Shown: positions 11,161 to 23,257 of the stretch, in pieces
How the letters are laid out: every line of letters begins with the position of its first letter
Position numbering within the stretch: position 1 is the first letter of the stretch
Origin: Eledone cirrhosa
Taxonomy: Eukaryota
Reading direction: 5' to 3'
DNA: 64,000 bases
NCBI GenBank assembly: GCA_964016885.1
Contig: CAXHJY010000031.1
Location: forward strand, 124,001-188,000
Position numbers and translations under genes: made by a program
Notes under the pieces: generated by a model
The model's database searches: none
What the model was told of the DNA's origin: nothing
What the model saw: only the letters and a program-made list of their open reading frames with translations

Positions 11161-11518
11161 CATCATCATCATCATCATCATCATCATCATTTCGTTTTAA
11201 GTCCGCTTTTTCCCTGCTTGCAAGGGTGGGACGGGAACTGATTCTGGCTTGATTTCTACAGCTGGATGCCCTTCCTGACACCAACCTCATTTACAGTGAG
11301 TGCTGGGTGCTTTTTTGCCGTGGCACCTCCACGACCACTTTGCAGTGGAATGATATGGACCCCAGTCCCTATCATCTCATTTCTACAGCTGAGTAAACTG
11401 GAGCAATGTGAAATAAAGTGTCTTGCTCAAGGAAACAACACATCACCCGGTCTGAGAATTGAACTCACAACCTTTCGATTGCCAGGCCAATGCTCTAACC
11501 ACTAAGCCATGTGCCTCC
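11161..11518 (-). mobile_element. tRNA-derived CORE-type SINE with RTE-derived 3' end and (ATG)n tail
   Basis: Head GGAGGCACATGGCTTAGTGGTTAGAGC...GAGTTCAATTC; CORE-like TTCCTTGAGCAAGACACTTT...CTCCAGTTTACTCAGCTG; tail CCCTTGCAAGCAGGGAAAA.GCGGAC matches the RTE 3' end at ~19000-19040. Confidence 0.85.
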
Positions 11519-11775
11519 ATATACATATACATACACATACATATACATACATACACACATACATACATACATACACATATACATACACATACATACATAC
11601 ATATATATATACATAATATACATATACATACATACGCATACATAAGCATATACACATATACATAAGTATATATACATATACATACATACATATACATACA
11701 TACATACACACACATATACACATACATATATACACATACATACATATATACACATACATATATATATACACATAC

Positions 11776-11815
<40 letters not shown>

Positions 11816-12341
11816 ATACACATACATATACACATACATATACACATATATATATACACATACATATATACACACACATACATATTTACATACACACATA
11901 TATATATATATACATACACATATATATATACATACATACACACATATATATACATACATACACATATATATATACATACATACACACATATACATACATA
12001 CACATATACATACATACACATATACATACATACACATATACATACATACACATATACATACATACACACATATACACACACACATATACATACATACATA
12101 TACACATATATACACATACATATATACATATACATACATACACATGCATATACATACATACACATACATGCATATACATACATACATACACATACATGCA
12201 TATACATACATACATACACATACATGCATATACATACATACATACATACACATACATGCATATACATACATACACATACATGCATATACATACATACACA
12301 CACATGCATACATATATATATATATATATATATACATACAT
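11519..12341. repeat. Long compound (CA)/(TA)/(CATA) microsatellite, ~820 bp (one copy per array unit)
   Basis: Direct reading; source of the spurious MYVCI-rich ORFs. Confidence 0.97.
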
Positions 12342-12479
12342 AAAGACAAATTCACCTCATGGACGAGAATGCAAGGGCTCCTCTTTGTTTCGGCCGCGGA
12401 TGGCTAACATAACCCCATCAGAAAAAGCCCCCATCAGCCAGTTTATTCTACTTGTGGCTTGTTCTCCTGCTCAGGCAGT

Positions 12480-12700
12480 AAAACGATGTGCTTGATTAGC
12501 ATTTCGTCTGATTTGCTGTTGTTCCTTAATTTGTTGTTCTCGAGTAGCAGCAGTCCTTGGTTCCCTTTCATCCAAACTGTGTGCTCTTGCTAAAGCTGTT
12601 TGGGCTCTGTTAGCAGCTAGACGGGCATGCCAAACTTCTTCACTTTCTTCAGATCGCTGTATTTTCTTTCTCTTAGCCTCTGAAGATGACCTTCCATATA
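12480..12700 (-). mobile_element. Probable Helitron RepHel N-terminal fragment
   Basis: Manual translation GRSSSEAKRKKIQRSEESEEVWHARLAANRAQTALARAHS resembles the R/E/A-rich N-terminus of animal Helitron RepHel proteins; no Rep or helicase motifs present. Confidence 0.45.
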
Positions 12701-12769
12701 ATGATCTGGAAGGTTACCGGTATGACAAAAGGCTCAATGCAAGTTTTCAAGTGTTTTACAGAACCGAGA

Positions 12770-13143
12770 TACAAAGTGTTAAAATGATCAAATTTTACTT
12801 TAGAACATTTATTTGCTGACAATTGTTTCTTCCAGAGGGAAGTCTGGAATCATCGGAGCATAAGGAATGTTGAAACATTGCTTATAACTTTTATGCCTGT
12901 GATTTTTTTGCTTGTGCTTTTTACTTATACCTATTACACTTCCAACCAGTGCTGCCTGTAATTGTGTTTTCAAGCAGAACATCTTTTTAACTCCTGATTC
13001 TCCACATGATGCCTTTGACACTAATAACAATTATGTATCTTAAATGTTCTGAATGATAGGATTTTAGTAACATGTTTCTGGAAGAAACAATTGTCAGCAA
13101 ATAAATGTTCTAAACTAAAATTTGATCGTTTTAACACTTTGTA
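12770..13143. mobile_element. Foldback/MITE-like element with 67-bp inverted repeats
   Basis: 12770-12836 vs reverse complement of 13077-13143: 65/67 identical; both outer ends are TA. Confidence 0.7.
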
Positions 13144-13184
13144 TATATATATATATATATATATGTATATAAATATGTATATAT

Positions 13185-14660
13185 ACTCTTTTTACCTGTT
13201 CCAGCCATCCGGCTGAGGCTATGCTGGGGCACCGCCCTTGTTGCTACACATTTAATCTCCAGCCTGTATTGGTTGACCACTGGTGCAACAGGGAGTTCAT
13301 TGCTGCTGCCCTTAGGTTTCCCTCGTGCATTGCTGTGGGCTCATCTAGGATCTTGTATAGCAAGGTGTCGACATGTTTCTTGAAGACATCCACACCATGC
13401 AGATCTCTCAGATCCCTTGGCAGCTTGTTGAAGAGTTGAGGGTCCTTAAACCCCAGACTTTTGCAATATCTGCTCCTTATTCTAGATATGGAAGACGGGA
13501 TCTTTGGCACCACACAATGACGTCCTGTTCGGCAGTTGATCCAGCTGCCAATGCCAAAGTTTGGTGCTAGTCCCTCCAGGATTTTCCACATGTAGATCAC
13601 TGCGTATCTCTCCCGTCTTCATTCCAAGGAGTAGAGGTTCAGTTCTTTTAGCCTCGCCCAGTAGCTTATCTCCTTCATAGTCACAATCCTCTTGGTGTAG
13701 CTTCGCTGGATTGCCTCAAGCTCCGTGGTTAGTTTGACACTATGGGGTGACCACAACTGGGAGCAATAGTCCAGGCGGCTTAGGACAAATGTCCTCCATA
13801 GTGTCAACATGGTGTCTCGGTCTCTTGTCCGGAAAGTCTTCAAGATCCAGCCAGCGAGTCGTCTGCACATTGTCGCCACTTTCATGATGTGAGAGGAAAA
13901 AGATGCATCATCGCTCATATCGATTTTTACCCAGGGATATCGGTCCCTCCTGGTCCGGTGTAACTGTGTTGTACTGTATTTGTGTTTGCAGGAATTGCGT
14001 AGCGCTTGGAATTTGCCAGCATTAAACTGCATGTTGTTGTCTTCTGCCCATTTGTATATGGCATACAGCCCTTGTTGTAAAAGGGCAGAGTCAGCCGGGT
14101 TTTTGATTGCCTGTGCTACCTTAGTGTCATCAGCATAGCTAGTGAGGGATGTTGTTGTATGTACTACAGAGGGTATGTCTGAGAGAGCCACCAAAAACAG
14201 TAGTGGTCCCAGGACTGTGCCTTGGGGAACCCCACTTGTTATTGATAATTCCTTTGAGAGGGCCCCCGTTTGCTGCGACTGTCTGGCTTCTCTCCTTTAA
14301 GAAGTCGTGCAGCCACTCACCTACTTTTCTAGTTATGGTGAGTCCGTGTAGTTTGTGACATATCATTCCGTCGTCGACTTTGTCAAAGGCCTTCGCAAAG
14401 TCCAGATATATCATGTCCACATGTGAGCTGTCAAGTAGTTGTTTCAGTACCCAGTCTTAATGATGTAGCAGCTGTGTAAGGCAGCTTCTTCCTGGGTGAA
14501 AGCCATGCTGCGTGTTAGTCAGGCAGTCATTTTCCTCGAGGAAAGTGATCAGATTCTTTCTGACGATTCGCTCCATGACCTTACTGATATGTGACGTCAG
14601 GGAGACTGGTCTATGTTGTTTGGCTTCCGCTCTGCTACCTCCTATATGGATAGGGCACTT
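13185..14660 (-). mobile_element. 5'-truncated CR1-group LINE (RT, frameshifted)
   Basis: RPVSLTSHISKVME, QHGF..GRSCLTQL, YLDFAKAFDKV, YADDTK, LDYCSQLWSP; 3' end GGCGGTGCCCCAGCATAGCC...GTAAAAAGAG. Confidence 0.88.
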
Positions 14661-14955
14661 GTGAATGCAAGCTCACCTTTATCATTCTGGAAACACTTCT
14701 CTCCAATGACATCACAATTCTCTCTGACACACTGCCTCGTAATCTGGAACACCTCCTGTTTCTGTTCCTCGTGTTGCAAAACATGCTTGAATTTCCTATC
14801 CTCTGCCTCCCTTCTAGCTAAGTATACTTGTCGCCTAGCTTCCCTCCTGGTCTCTCTGTAATGTGCCCTGTTCTTCCATTCTTTCCATGCCTGTCTCTTA
14901 ACCTTAACTGCCTCATCTACCATATTGTTCCACCACCAAGTCACTCTCCTCCTCC
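14660..14955 (-). mobile_element. RTE LINE fragment (linker between endonuclease and RT)
   Basis: TWWWNNMVDEAVKVKRQAWKEWK; homologous to VTWWWDSTVDRAI at 55146-55394. Confidence 0.75.
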
Positions 14956-15024
14956 CTGTATATATCTTTTTATCATTATCCTTTTCTCAAATATAGACAA
15001 ATTACGACACACACACAAATATTA

Positions 15025-15330
15025 TGCATGGATATGTTACCTGGAAGCTGGAGAGTGAGAATAATATAGATGATAAAAGTCTATCTTCAGCAACAAGTGC
15101 TATATTTTCTCCCATGTTGAAAGATTATTTTACAATATAAGAACTTGAAACTAAGACTAACTGAGTCACAGAATAGATAGGGATGTACACAAAAGACCTA
15201 GATGTGAAAAGAAGTGGAAATTGTGCAGATTGAACATTGAAGATGTGACCGATGTGAAGAAACTGTGGAAAGATGTGGCGAAAAGAGTGAAGAATGCAAT
15301 CCCTAGAAAGGTCATCCCCGAGAGTAAACA
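15025..15330 (+). mobile_element. Possible R4/Dong-clade retrotransposon C-terminal relic
   Basis: Manual translation across frameshifts: MHGY...D.KS.S...SH.E.Y.TI.ELETK...RD...C.K..LCRLNIEDVT, resembling the region before the CCHC knuckle of R4/Dong elements. Confidence 0.4.
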
Positions 15331-15895
15331 TTGGGAGTTACAGCAAACGTTTTAAGACATAGAAAGAGTAGTTGTGGATTGTTCCGGTGAAAAGCAATGA
15401 ATCGGAAGCATAACAGACGACGCTCAGCAGTTGGAGTTCGCTGCCAAGCAGATACCAATATAATATTATATATTAAGGAATCAGATAGTTTGTCTTTATT
15501 TCATGTTGTTTTATTGCAAAAGCGTATCCTTGAAAGTGAGAGACAATATAGCGTTTGTTGGTGAAGATAATATAATTTGTTTATCTATATTACTCTCTAT
15601 GCAGAAATAAGGAAACATTTGCACATGGTCGACCCTGACTATACGTTCATATTAGTTGTGAAGCTTTGCTTTAGAGAAATAGAAAGAAGACGACTATATT
15701 TGTAATTCGAAGTATAATCGATGTAAGTATGATAAAAAATATTTGAAACATTGGAGATGATGTGCATCTAAATACTAAGCATATACAGATGCACACATAA
15801 GTGAAAAGGAACACAAGCACACACAAATAGATGGATAGCTGCACACACATGCATACATATATACCTAGTTGATGTTTAAATTTCAACAAGTCTTA

Positions 15896-17485
15896 TCTTC
15901 ATCACTTTACGTCCGCTTTTCCTTGCTTGCAAGGGTGGGACGAACCTATTGAGCACAGTATCTCTCCACTTGTCACGGTCCTTCGTCATCTCCTCATTGA
16001 GCTTTAGAGATTTGAGGTCTGCTCACACCAGCTCCGCCCGTATTTTTCGTGGTCTTCCTCTACTGCGTTGTCCTTCTACTGGGATTTCTTGGCACTTCTT
16101 TACCTAGGTGTCATCCTCCATGCGCATCACATGTCTATACCAACACAGTCTTCTCTCCTGCACACTACAACTTATCCCAGTTAAACAGTTTCTCCCTGAA
16201 GTCCTCCATGCCTAGTCGTTCATTTCTCTCCAGCCATCGCATATCCTCTGCAGTTGCTGCCCAAGTTTCACTATCATGCAGCATCGCGCATCTCACACAA
16301 TCATCATATAACCATCCTTTCGTACGCAGGGAGAAATCCTTCTTTGTCAACAGAGGAAGCAGCTCCCTAAATTTCTTCCGACCTGTCCTTATTCTAGATA
16401 TTATGGTCTCGGAACACCCCTCCCATTCTAATCAGATCACCTAGGTAGCGGAAGCTATCACCCACTTCTATAGAACCCACCTTCATGTGGTAAATGTGTC
16501 TATCACTGCGTCTTCTACTGTCAAGTTCTGTACAACTACTGCATACGTATTTCTCTCTACTTGTTAGTTTGCCTGCTATCCTACTACATCTCTTGTGTAC
16601 CCAGGATCTGCATTGTGTACATTTTATAGAATTTATCCCAACTCCTTTTCTACATATTGAACATGACCATTTCCCTGATGGAATCAGAGTTTTGTCCTCT
16701 TCTCTACTTATCAATACTTTTGTCTTAGCTAGGTTCACTCTCAGTCCTCTTGATTCCAACTGCTTTTTCCATAGACAGAATTTCTTCTCTAGTTCCTCTA
16801 CTGAATCTGCTATAAGTACCAGATCGTCAGCCTAGAGAAGTTCCCATGGGCAGTCAGTCTTAAACTCGTGTTATGGCTTGGAGAATTATAATGAACAAGA
16901 TCGGGCTGAGGACAGAGCCCTGATGCACTTCTACTTGTATCTGGAATTCCTCATTAAACTCCATTACTTCTCTCACTTTACTGACAGAACCTCTGTACTT
17001 AGCTTGCACTGTCCTCACAAGCCATTCCTCTACACCTATTTTCCTTAGCGACCACCAGATGACAGATCGTGGTACACTATCAAAGACCTCCTCTAAGTCA
17101 TCAAAAGCTAAGTATAGTGGCTTATTCTTCTCTAATGAACCTCTCTTGTAGTTGTATCACTAAGAAGAGGGCATCTGTTGTACTTTTCCCAGGCATAAAA
17201 CCAAACTGCATCTCATTTAGTTTGGCCCTTTCTCTAATTAGTTGCAATAGTATTCTTTCTGTCACTTTCATAACCTGATCCATCAGTTTGATGCCCCTAT
17301 AATTGCTCATTTCCAGAGCATCCCTTTGTCGCAATTTATAAGAATTACTGCTGCACCAGTCTTTGGGTATGACTCAGCCATATATATAACTTGATTGACG
17401 ATGCGTGCAACCAGTTTAGTAGCTACTTTTGATGCCCTAACCCTATATTCGTCTTTGTGAATAGCTGGTCCCTCTATCGGATAAT
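15896..17485 (-). mobile_element. Decayed RTE-clade LINE (RT with Cys-rich insert, through the 3' end)
   Basis: NYRGIKLMDQVMKV, QFGFMPGKSTTDA, ADDLVL, GLRVNLAKTK, CSICRKG..CTQCRSWVHKRC..C..C, FRYLGD, SETW; RTE 3' tail at ~15900. Confidence 0.88.
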
Positions 17486-18604
17486 AATTTGTGAAAAAAA
17501 TGAAAGAAGAAAACACACACATACACTCTCTCACTCACATGAACAGACATTGAGCACTAAATATATATTTGTTTTTAAAATATAATTTCAATAATAATTA
17601 ATTGCTAAGATGGATTACATTGCCACCGGTTATATTTTATATATTTCCTAAAACTCGTTTGTTTAAAAAGCTTAATTTTTTTTTCTTTTTACTCTGACAT
17701 TTTGACTTGTAGCTCTGATAAGTTGAGCTAGATTGCCAGCGTTGAAATAGTTGCGCTTTAGTTTTGATGTACCCGTGAGTCGTGGGGGTATAGTATATTG
17801 TCATGTATGTATATACTTATGTGTACATATATCTATATATATATGTATGTATGTATACACGTGTATGTATATCTACATATATACATATATGTTATTGTGT
17901 ATAGTGTATATTTGTTTATGCAGCATTCCAATTAGCAAAGGGAGATTACTCTACAATATTTTAATAAAATTATTGGAGTTGTTTCCCTTTTATCCGGAAA
18001 TGTTGTCGTTTGATAAAACTGTCATTGAATTTATGCCTTGTTAAGGCTGGTTCGGTCTCAGTCAGTGCTAAGTGTATGCTGTTAAAAGAAAGATATTTCA
18101 TGTGACATAATTACTGCAACAGGTTAGGTATTTTCAAGGTTTGGGGTTGTATTTTATTGTTTAAATATGATTGTCACTTAGATAAGACAGGATTCATCAA
18201 TTTGTAGAAGAATTGATAGGGTTAAGTTTTAATTTTTGGGTGGGTGTGTATATATGAAACTGAATAGCTATTTATATACATGATCTGTTGATTCTCTATC
18301 CTTCTTTCTCATAAATATAGACATAGAAATTACGATATACAAGTACACACATACATATATTTCACATTGTTCTGATCAGAATAATAAATCATGTTTTAGT
18401 TTTTGCTGGTGTTGTTTGGATTGGCGGTGTTGTTGGGAGTGGTGGCGGTGTTTGTGTTGTTGTTGTTACACATACACACCCACACTGACTGGCAAAACTT
18501 CTTTCATCTCAATGAAATTTCCGCCCAAACAACTACTACCACCTCCATCCCCACCACCAGGTTCACAATTATACACACACACACAGATTCATACATACAC
18601 ACAT

Positions 18605-19043
18605 GTGAGATCCGTGATGCTGCATGGTAGTGAGACATGGGCAGCAACTGCAGAAGATATGCGACGGCTAGAGAGAAATGAAGCAAGCATGCTCCATTGG
18701 ATGTGCAATGCCAAAGTGCGTGAACGACCAAGCATAGACGAGTTGAGAAAGAAACTGGGTATAAGAGGGATAAGTTGTGGTGTGCAGGAGAGAAGGCTGA
18801 GATGGTATGGACATGTGATGCGAATGTAGGATGACCGCCGGCTAAAGAAGTGCCAAGAAATCCCAGTAGAAGGAAGACGCAGTAGAGGTAGACCACGAAA
18901 AACATGGGCGGAGGTGGTGAGAGCAGACCTCAAATCTCACCGAGGAGATGACGAAGGACCGTGACAAGTGGAGAGATGCTGTGCTGAATAGGACCCGTCC
19001 AACCCTTGCAAGCAGGGAAAAGCGGACGTAAAATGATGATGAT
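18605..19043 (+). mobile_element. RTE LINE 3' fragment (plus strand)
   Basis: VRSVMLHGSETWA...RLRWYGHVMRM, GRPRKTW, (ATG)n tail. Confidence 0.88.
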
Positions 19044-19097
19044 ATTAGTGGGTGTGTGTTCATAATCACTCACGGGAAGTCAAATGGCTGCAGGTCA

Positions 19098-19349
19098 GTC
19101 AGATTTATATTTAATTTATTTCTTTAAAAAAAGTTCAATTTAATTTTTTTCTTAAAAAATAAAAAGTTTAATTTCATTTATTTCTTTAAAAAAAAATTAA
19201 ATATAATTAATTTCTTCAAAAAAAAGCTTTAAATTTATTTTTATGTTTTGTATTGGGGAAAAATTTTCCATTTAATTAATTTCATCATTTTGTTGTATAT
19301 ACACACATGCATATATACAATTGTTATATATATATATATATATATGAAA
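19098..19349. other. 252-bp AT-rich junction filler of the 10-kb array (also 29171-29422 and 39238-39489)
   Basis: Absent upstream of 9263 and downstream of 49310; present only between units. Confidence 0.9.
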
Positions 19350-20618
19350 TGTGTTGGGGGGACTTGACGTCAACAGGGGGAGAAGGAGGAGGAACATCTA
19401 CTGGGCTAAGTCCCAGCCAGTCCCACGTCTCGCAGGCGGCCACGCGTTCTCTGAACACAGAGGGTTCTGTTGTGTTTTGAAGAACCCTGCTGAGGAGGAC
19501 GTGGTACTATGTTACCGACGAAAGATACGCCGGCAAAGCTAGTGAGATCGGGGACTGGAGGCGAAGGCCGCCAAACCTGACAGGTAAAGTTGCATTGACT
19601 GCTGCTCGGATACAAGCATCGAGCTCAGCGAGGAGACATGTCTGGGTGTAGCACAGAGTGTATAGAGGAGCTTCGGCATGGCGTAGCAGTTCCTCAGCAG
19701 AAAGAGAACTGGGTGGCCGTCAATCAAGCCCAGTCGGCTCGTGAGAGTCTGGACTTGATGGTGGAGCGGATGGCCGGCGGGTGGATCGGTGAGGGCATCC
19801 TCTTTGGGGGTCACCTGAACCTGGCGGAGAATGGACCGCACGTCCAAGACGGAGACTGTAAAGCTTGCAGCATCGAGGCTGACATTCACCACATCCGACT
19901 TGGCTGAGTTGACCTGGAGGTCGATTCCCGCCAGGGCAGGAACCACCGATTGAAGGTCATGGCAGACCGCCTGTACGGGCCCACCCAAAGTAGCATCATC
20001 CAGATACCAAACGTTGAGAGGGGCCGTTATACTCTGGGCGATGTGGTCAATACCAAGGATGAACAGGAGGGGTCCCAAAGGGTCGCCCTGTTGGATCCCA
20101 GTAGCCAAGGGTATGACCGTATCAGCAGCATGGCGCATGCTCGGGGCTCCATATGACAGGTAGGCAGAGGGGGCTCGGCTGAGGCAGACCTCGAGCAGAT
20201 GATCCCAGCGTAAAGAGTTGAAGGCATTCCTCATGTCAAACTTGACAATGAGGTGGCTGGAGGCCCTGGATGCCGGTTCCGAGTGTTACGGACTTGCAGA
20301 TTACCTTGGCAGCCAGCCTCCGGAAGACATTGCCCACAGCAATGGGGTGTATGCCACCCTCTTTCTTCCTGAGAGCGGTGAGGCTGGCCGAAAAAAAGAG
20401 GCCTCGAGCATAAGAGTCCAGGGCGCCATGGATGAGCCTATTGGTGAGCGCCACAATTGCACTCAGAAGGCGGCGCCCGGCCTCAGCGGAGAGGGGAGAT
20501 ATCAACTCCTTGAGGAGGCCTGGTCAGAGACCATCAACATCTCCGCAGCTGCTAGCTGGGAAGGACCTGATGGCGGACATGATGTCTGCATCAGAAGCCA
20601 CAAGGAGCAAGTGTGGAT
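19350..20618 (-). mobile_element. CRE-clade RT fragment, array unit 2
   Basis: Identical ORF fragments; endonuclease end cut off by the array junction. Confidence 0.85.
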
Positions 20619-21247
20619 TACAATACAAAACCTCTGAGAATGATTTCTAAGATATTTCACCATAATTAATTTTCATCAATATATATTAATATTATTATTG
20701 TTTATTAGGTCAGGTGGCTTGGCCAGAACAATTCTACTCTTCTTTTTTAGATGTCACGATTTTTCATGGCATTCCTGAGATCATTAATCTCCAGCTGGAG
20801 ATCCAGAGACATCTGATGTATGTAGGTGAACCTCAGTCATCCCACTTGGGTCTTACTATGTTTAGGTATCCACCACAGGAGCCAGCTCATCAGGTCATCC
20901 TACCCTCAGCAGCAATGTCCAGCATCTATTGACTTCCGCTCCGTAGTTATTGTGGTAATCTTCGATATCTGGGAATATATTTCTTCTGCTTAAGGGAGTA
21001 ATAAATATATAGTTTTAAAAAAAACATATATATACACACACATATATATATGTTGTCATTTATAAGAGTTCTCTATCAAAAGCCTTCTCTATGTCCAAAA
21101 CTAAGTATAGTGGCTTATTTTTCTCTAAGAACCTCTTTTGTAGTTGTCTCACTAAGAAGAGGGCATCTGTTGCACTTTTCAGCGGCACAAAAGCAAACTG
21201 CATCTCATACACATACATACATATACATACATACATACATATACATA

Positions 21248-21605
21248 CATCATCATCATCATCATCATCATCATCATTTCGTTTTAAGTCCGCTTTTTCC
21301 CTGCTTGCAAGGGTGGGACGGGAACTGATTCTGGCTTGATTTCTACAGCTGGATGCCCTTCCTAACACCAACCTCATTTACAGTGAGTGCTGGGTGCTTT
21401 TTTGCCGTGGCACCTCCACGACCACTTTGCAGTGGAATGATATGGACCCCAGTCCCTATCATCTCATTTCTACAGCTGAGTAAACTGGAGCAATGTGAAA
21501 TAAAGTGTCTTGCTCAAGGAAACAACACATCACCCGGTCTGAGAATTGAACTCACAACCTTTCGATTGCCAGGCCAATGCTCTAACCACTAAGCCATGTG
21601 CCTCC
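21248..21605 (-). mobile_element. CORE-type SINE, unit 2
   Basis: Copy of 11161-11518. Confidence 0.85.
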
Positions 21606-21872
21606 ATATACATATACATACACATACATATACATACATACATACATACACACATACATACATACATACACATATACATACACATACATACATACATATA
21701 TATATATACATAATATACATATACATACATACGCATACATAAGCATATACACATATACATAAGTATATATACATATACATACATACATATACATACATAC
21801 ATACACACACATATACACATACATATATACACATACATACATATATACACATACATATATATATACACATAC

Positions 21873-21912
<40 letters not shown>

Positions 21913-23257
21913 ATACACATACATATACACATATACACATATATATATACACATACATATATACACACACATACATATTTACATACACACATATATATAT
22001 ATATACATACACATATATATATACATACATACACACATATATATACATACATACACATATATATATACATACATACACACATATACATACATACACATAT
22101 ACATACATACACATATACATACATACACATATACATACATACACACATATACACACACACATATACATACATACATATACACATATATACACATACATAT
22201 ATACATATACATACATACACATGCATATACATACATACACATACATGCATATACATACATACATACACATACATGCATATACATACATACATACACATAC
22301 ATGCATGCATATACATACATACATACATACACATACATGCATATACATACATACACATACATGCATATACATACATACACACACATGCATACATATATAT
22401 ATATATATATATATATACATACATAAAGACAAATTCACCTCATGGACGAGAATGCAAGGGCTCCTCTTTGTTTCGGCCGCGGATGGCTAACATAACCCCA
22501 TCAGAAAAAGCCCCCATCAGCCAGTTTATTCTACTTGTGGCTTGTTCTCCTGCTCAGGCAGTAAAACGATGTGCTTGATTAGCATTTCGTCTGATTTGCT
22601 GTTGTTCCTTAATTTGTTGTTCTCGAGTAGCAGCAGTCCTTGGTTCCCTTTCATCCAAACTGTGTGCTCTTGCTAAAGCTGTTTGGGCTCTGTTAGCAGC
22701 TAGACGGGCATGCCAAACTTCTTCACTTTCTTCAGATCGCTGTATTTTCTTTCTCTTAGCCTCTGAAGATGACCTTCCATATAATGATCTGGAAGGTTAC
22801 CGGTATGACAAAAGGCTCAATGCAAGTTTTCAAGTGTTTTACAGAACCGAGATACAAAGTGTTAAAATGATCAAATTTTACTTTAGAACATTTATTTGCT
22901 GACAATTGTTTCTTCCAGAGGGAAGTCTGGAATCATCGGAGCATAAGGAATGTTGAAACATTGCTTATAACTTTTATGCCTGTGATTTTTTTGCTTGTGC
23001 TTTTTACTTATACCTATTACACTTCCAACCAGTGCTGCCTGTAATTGTGTTTTCAAGCAGAACATCTTTTTAACTCCTGATTCTCCACATGATGCCTTTG
23101 ACACTAATAACAATTATGTATCTTAAATGTTCTGAATGATAGGATTTTAGTAACATGTTTCTGGAAGAAACAATTGTCAGCAAATAAATGTTCTAAACTA
23201 AAATTTGATCGTTTTAACACTTTATATATATATATATGTATATAAATATGTATATAT

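Noticed and set aside
10963-11290. ORFs with poly-His, poly-Asp or poly-Ser
   Set aside because: These come from the (CAT)n SINE tail fused to an RTE fragment.
12358-12425. Hammerhead-ribozyme-like motif on the minus strand (CTGATGG...GGCCGAAAC...GTC)
   Set aside because: The core reads CUGAUGG instead of CUGANGA and stems I and III do not pair; at best a dead relic.
11443-12495. Long ORFs of 280-300 aa rich in M/Y/V/C/I or H/T/Y/I (and copies in each unit)
   Set aside because: Translations of (CA)/(TA) microsatellite, which lacks stop codons by composition.
17700-18240. Possible Penelope-like remnant (YLSFNS-like peptide; CTGATAAG...GAAA)
   Set aside because: Motifs too short and degenerate to support a call by eye.
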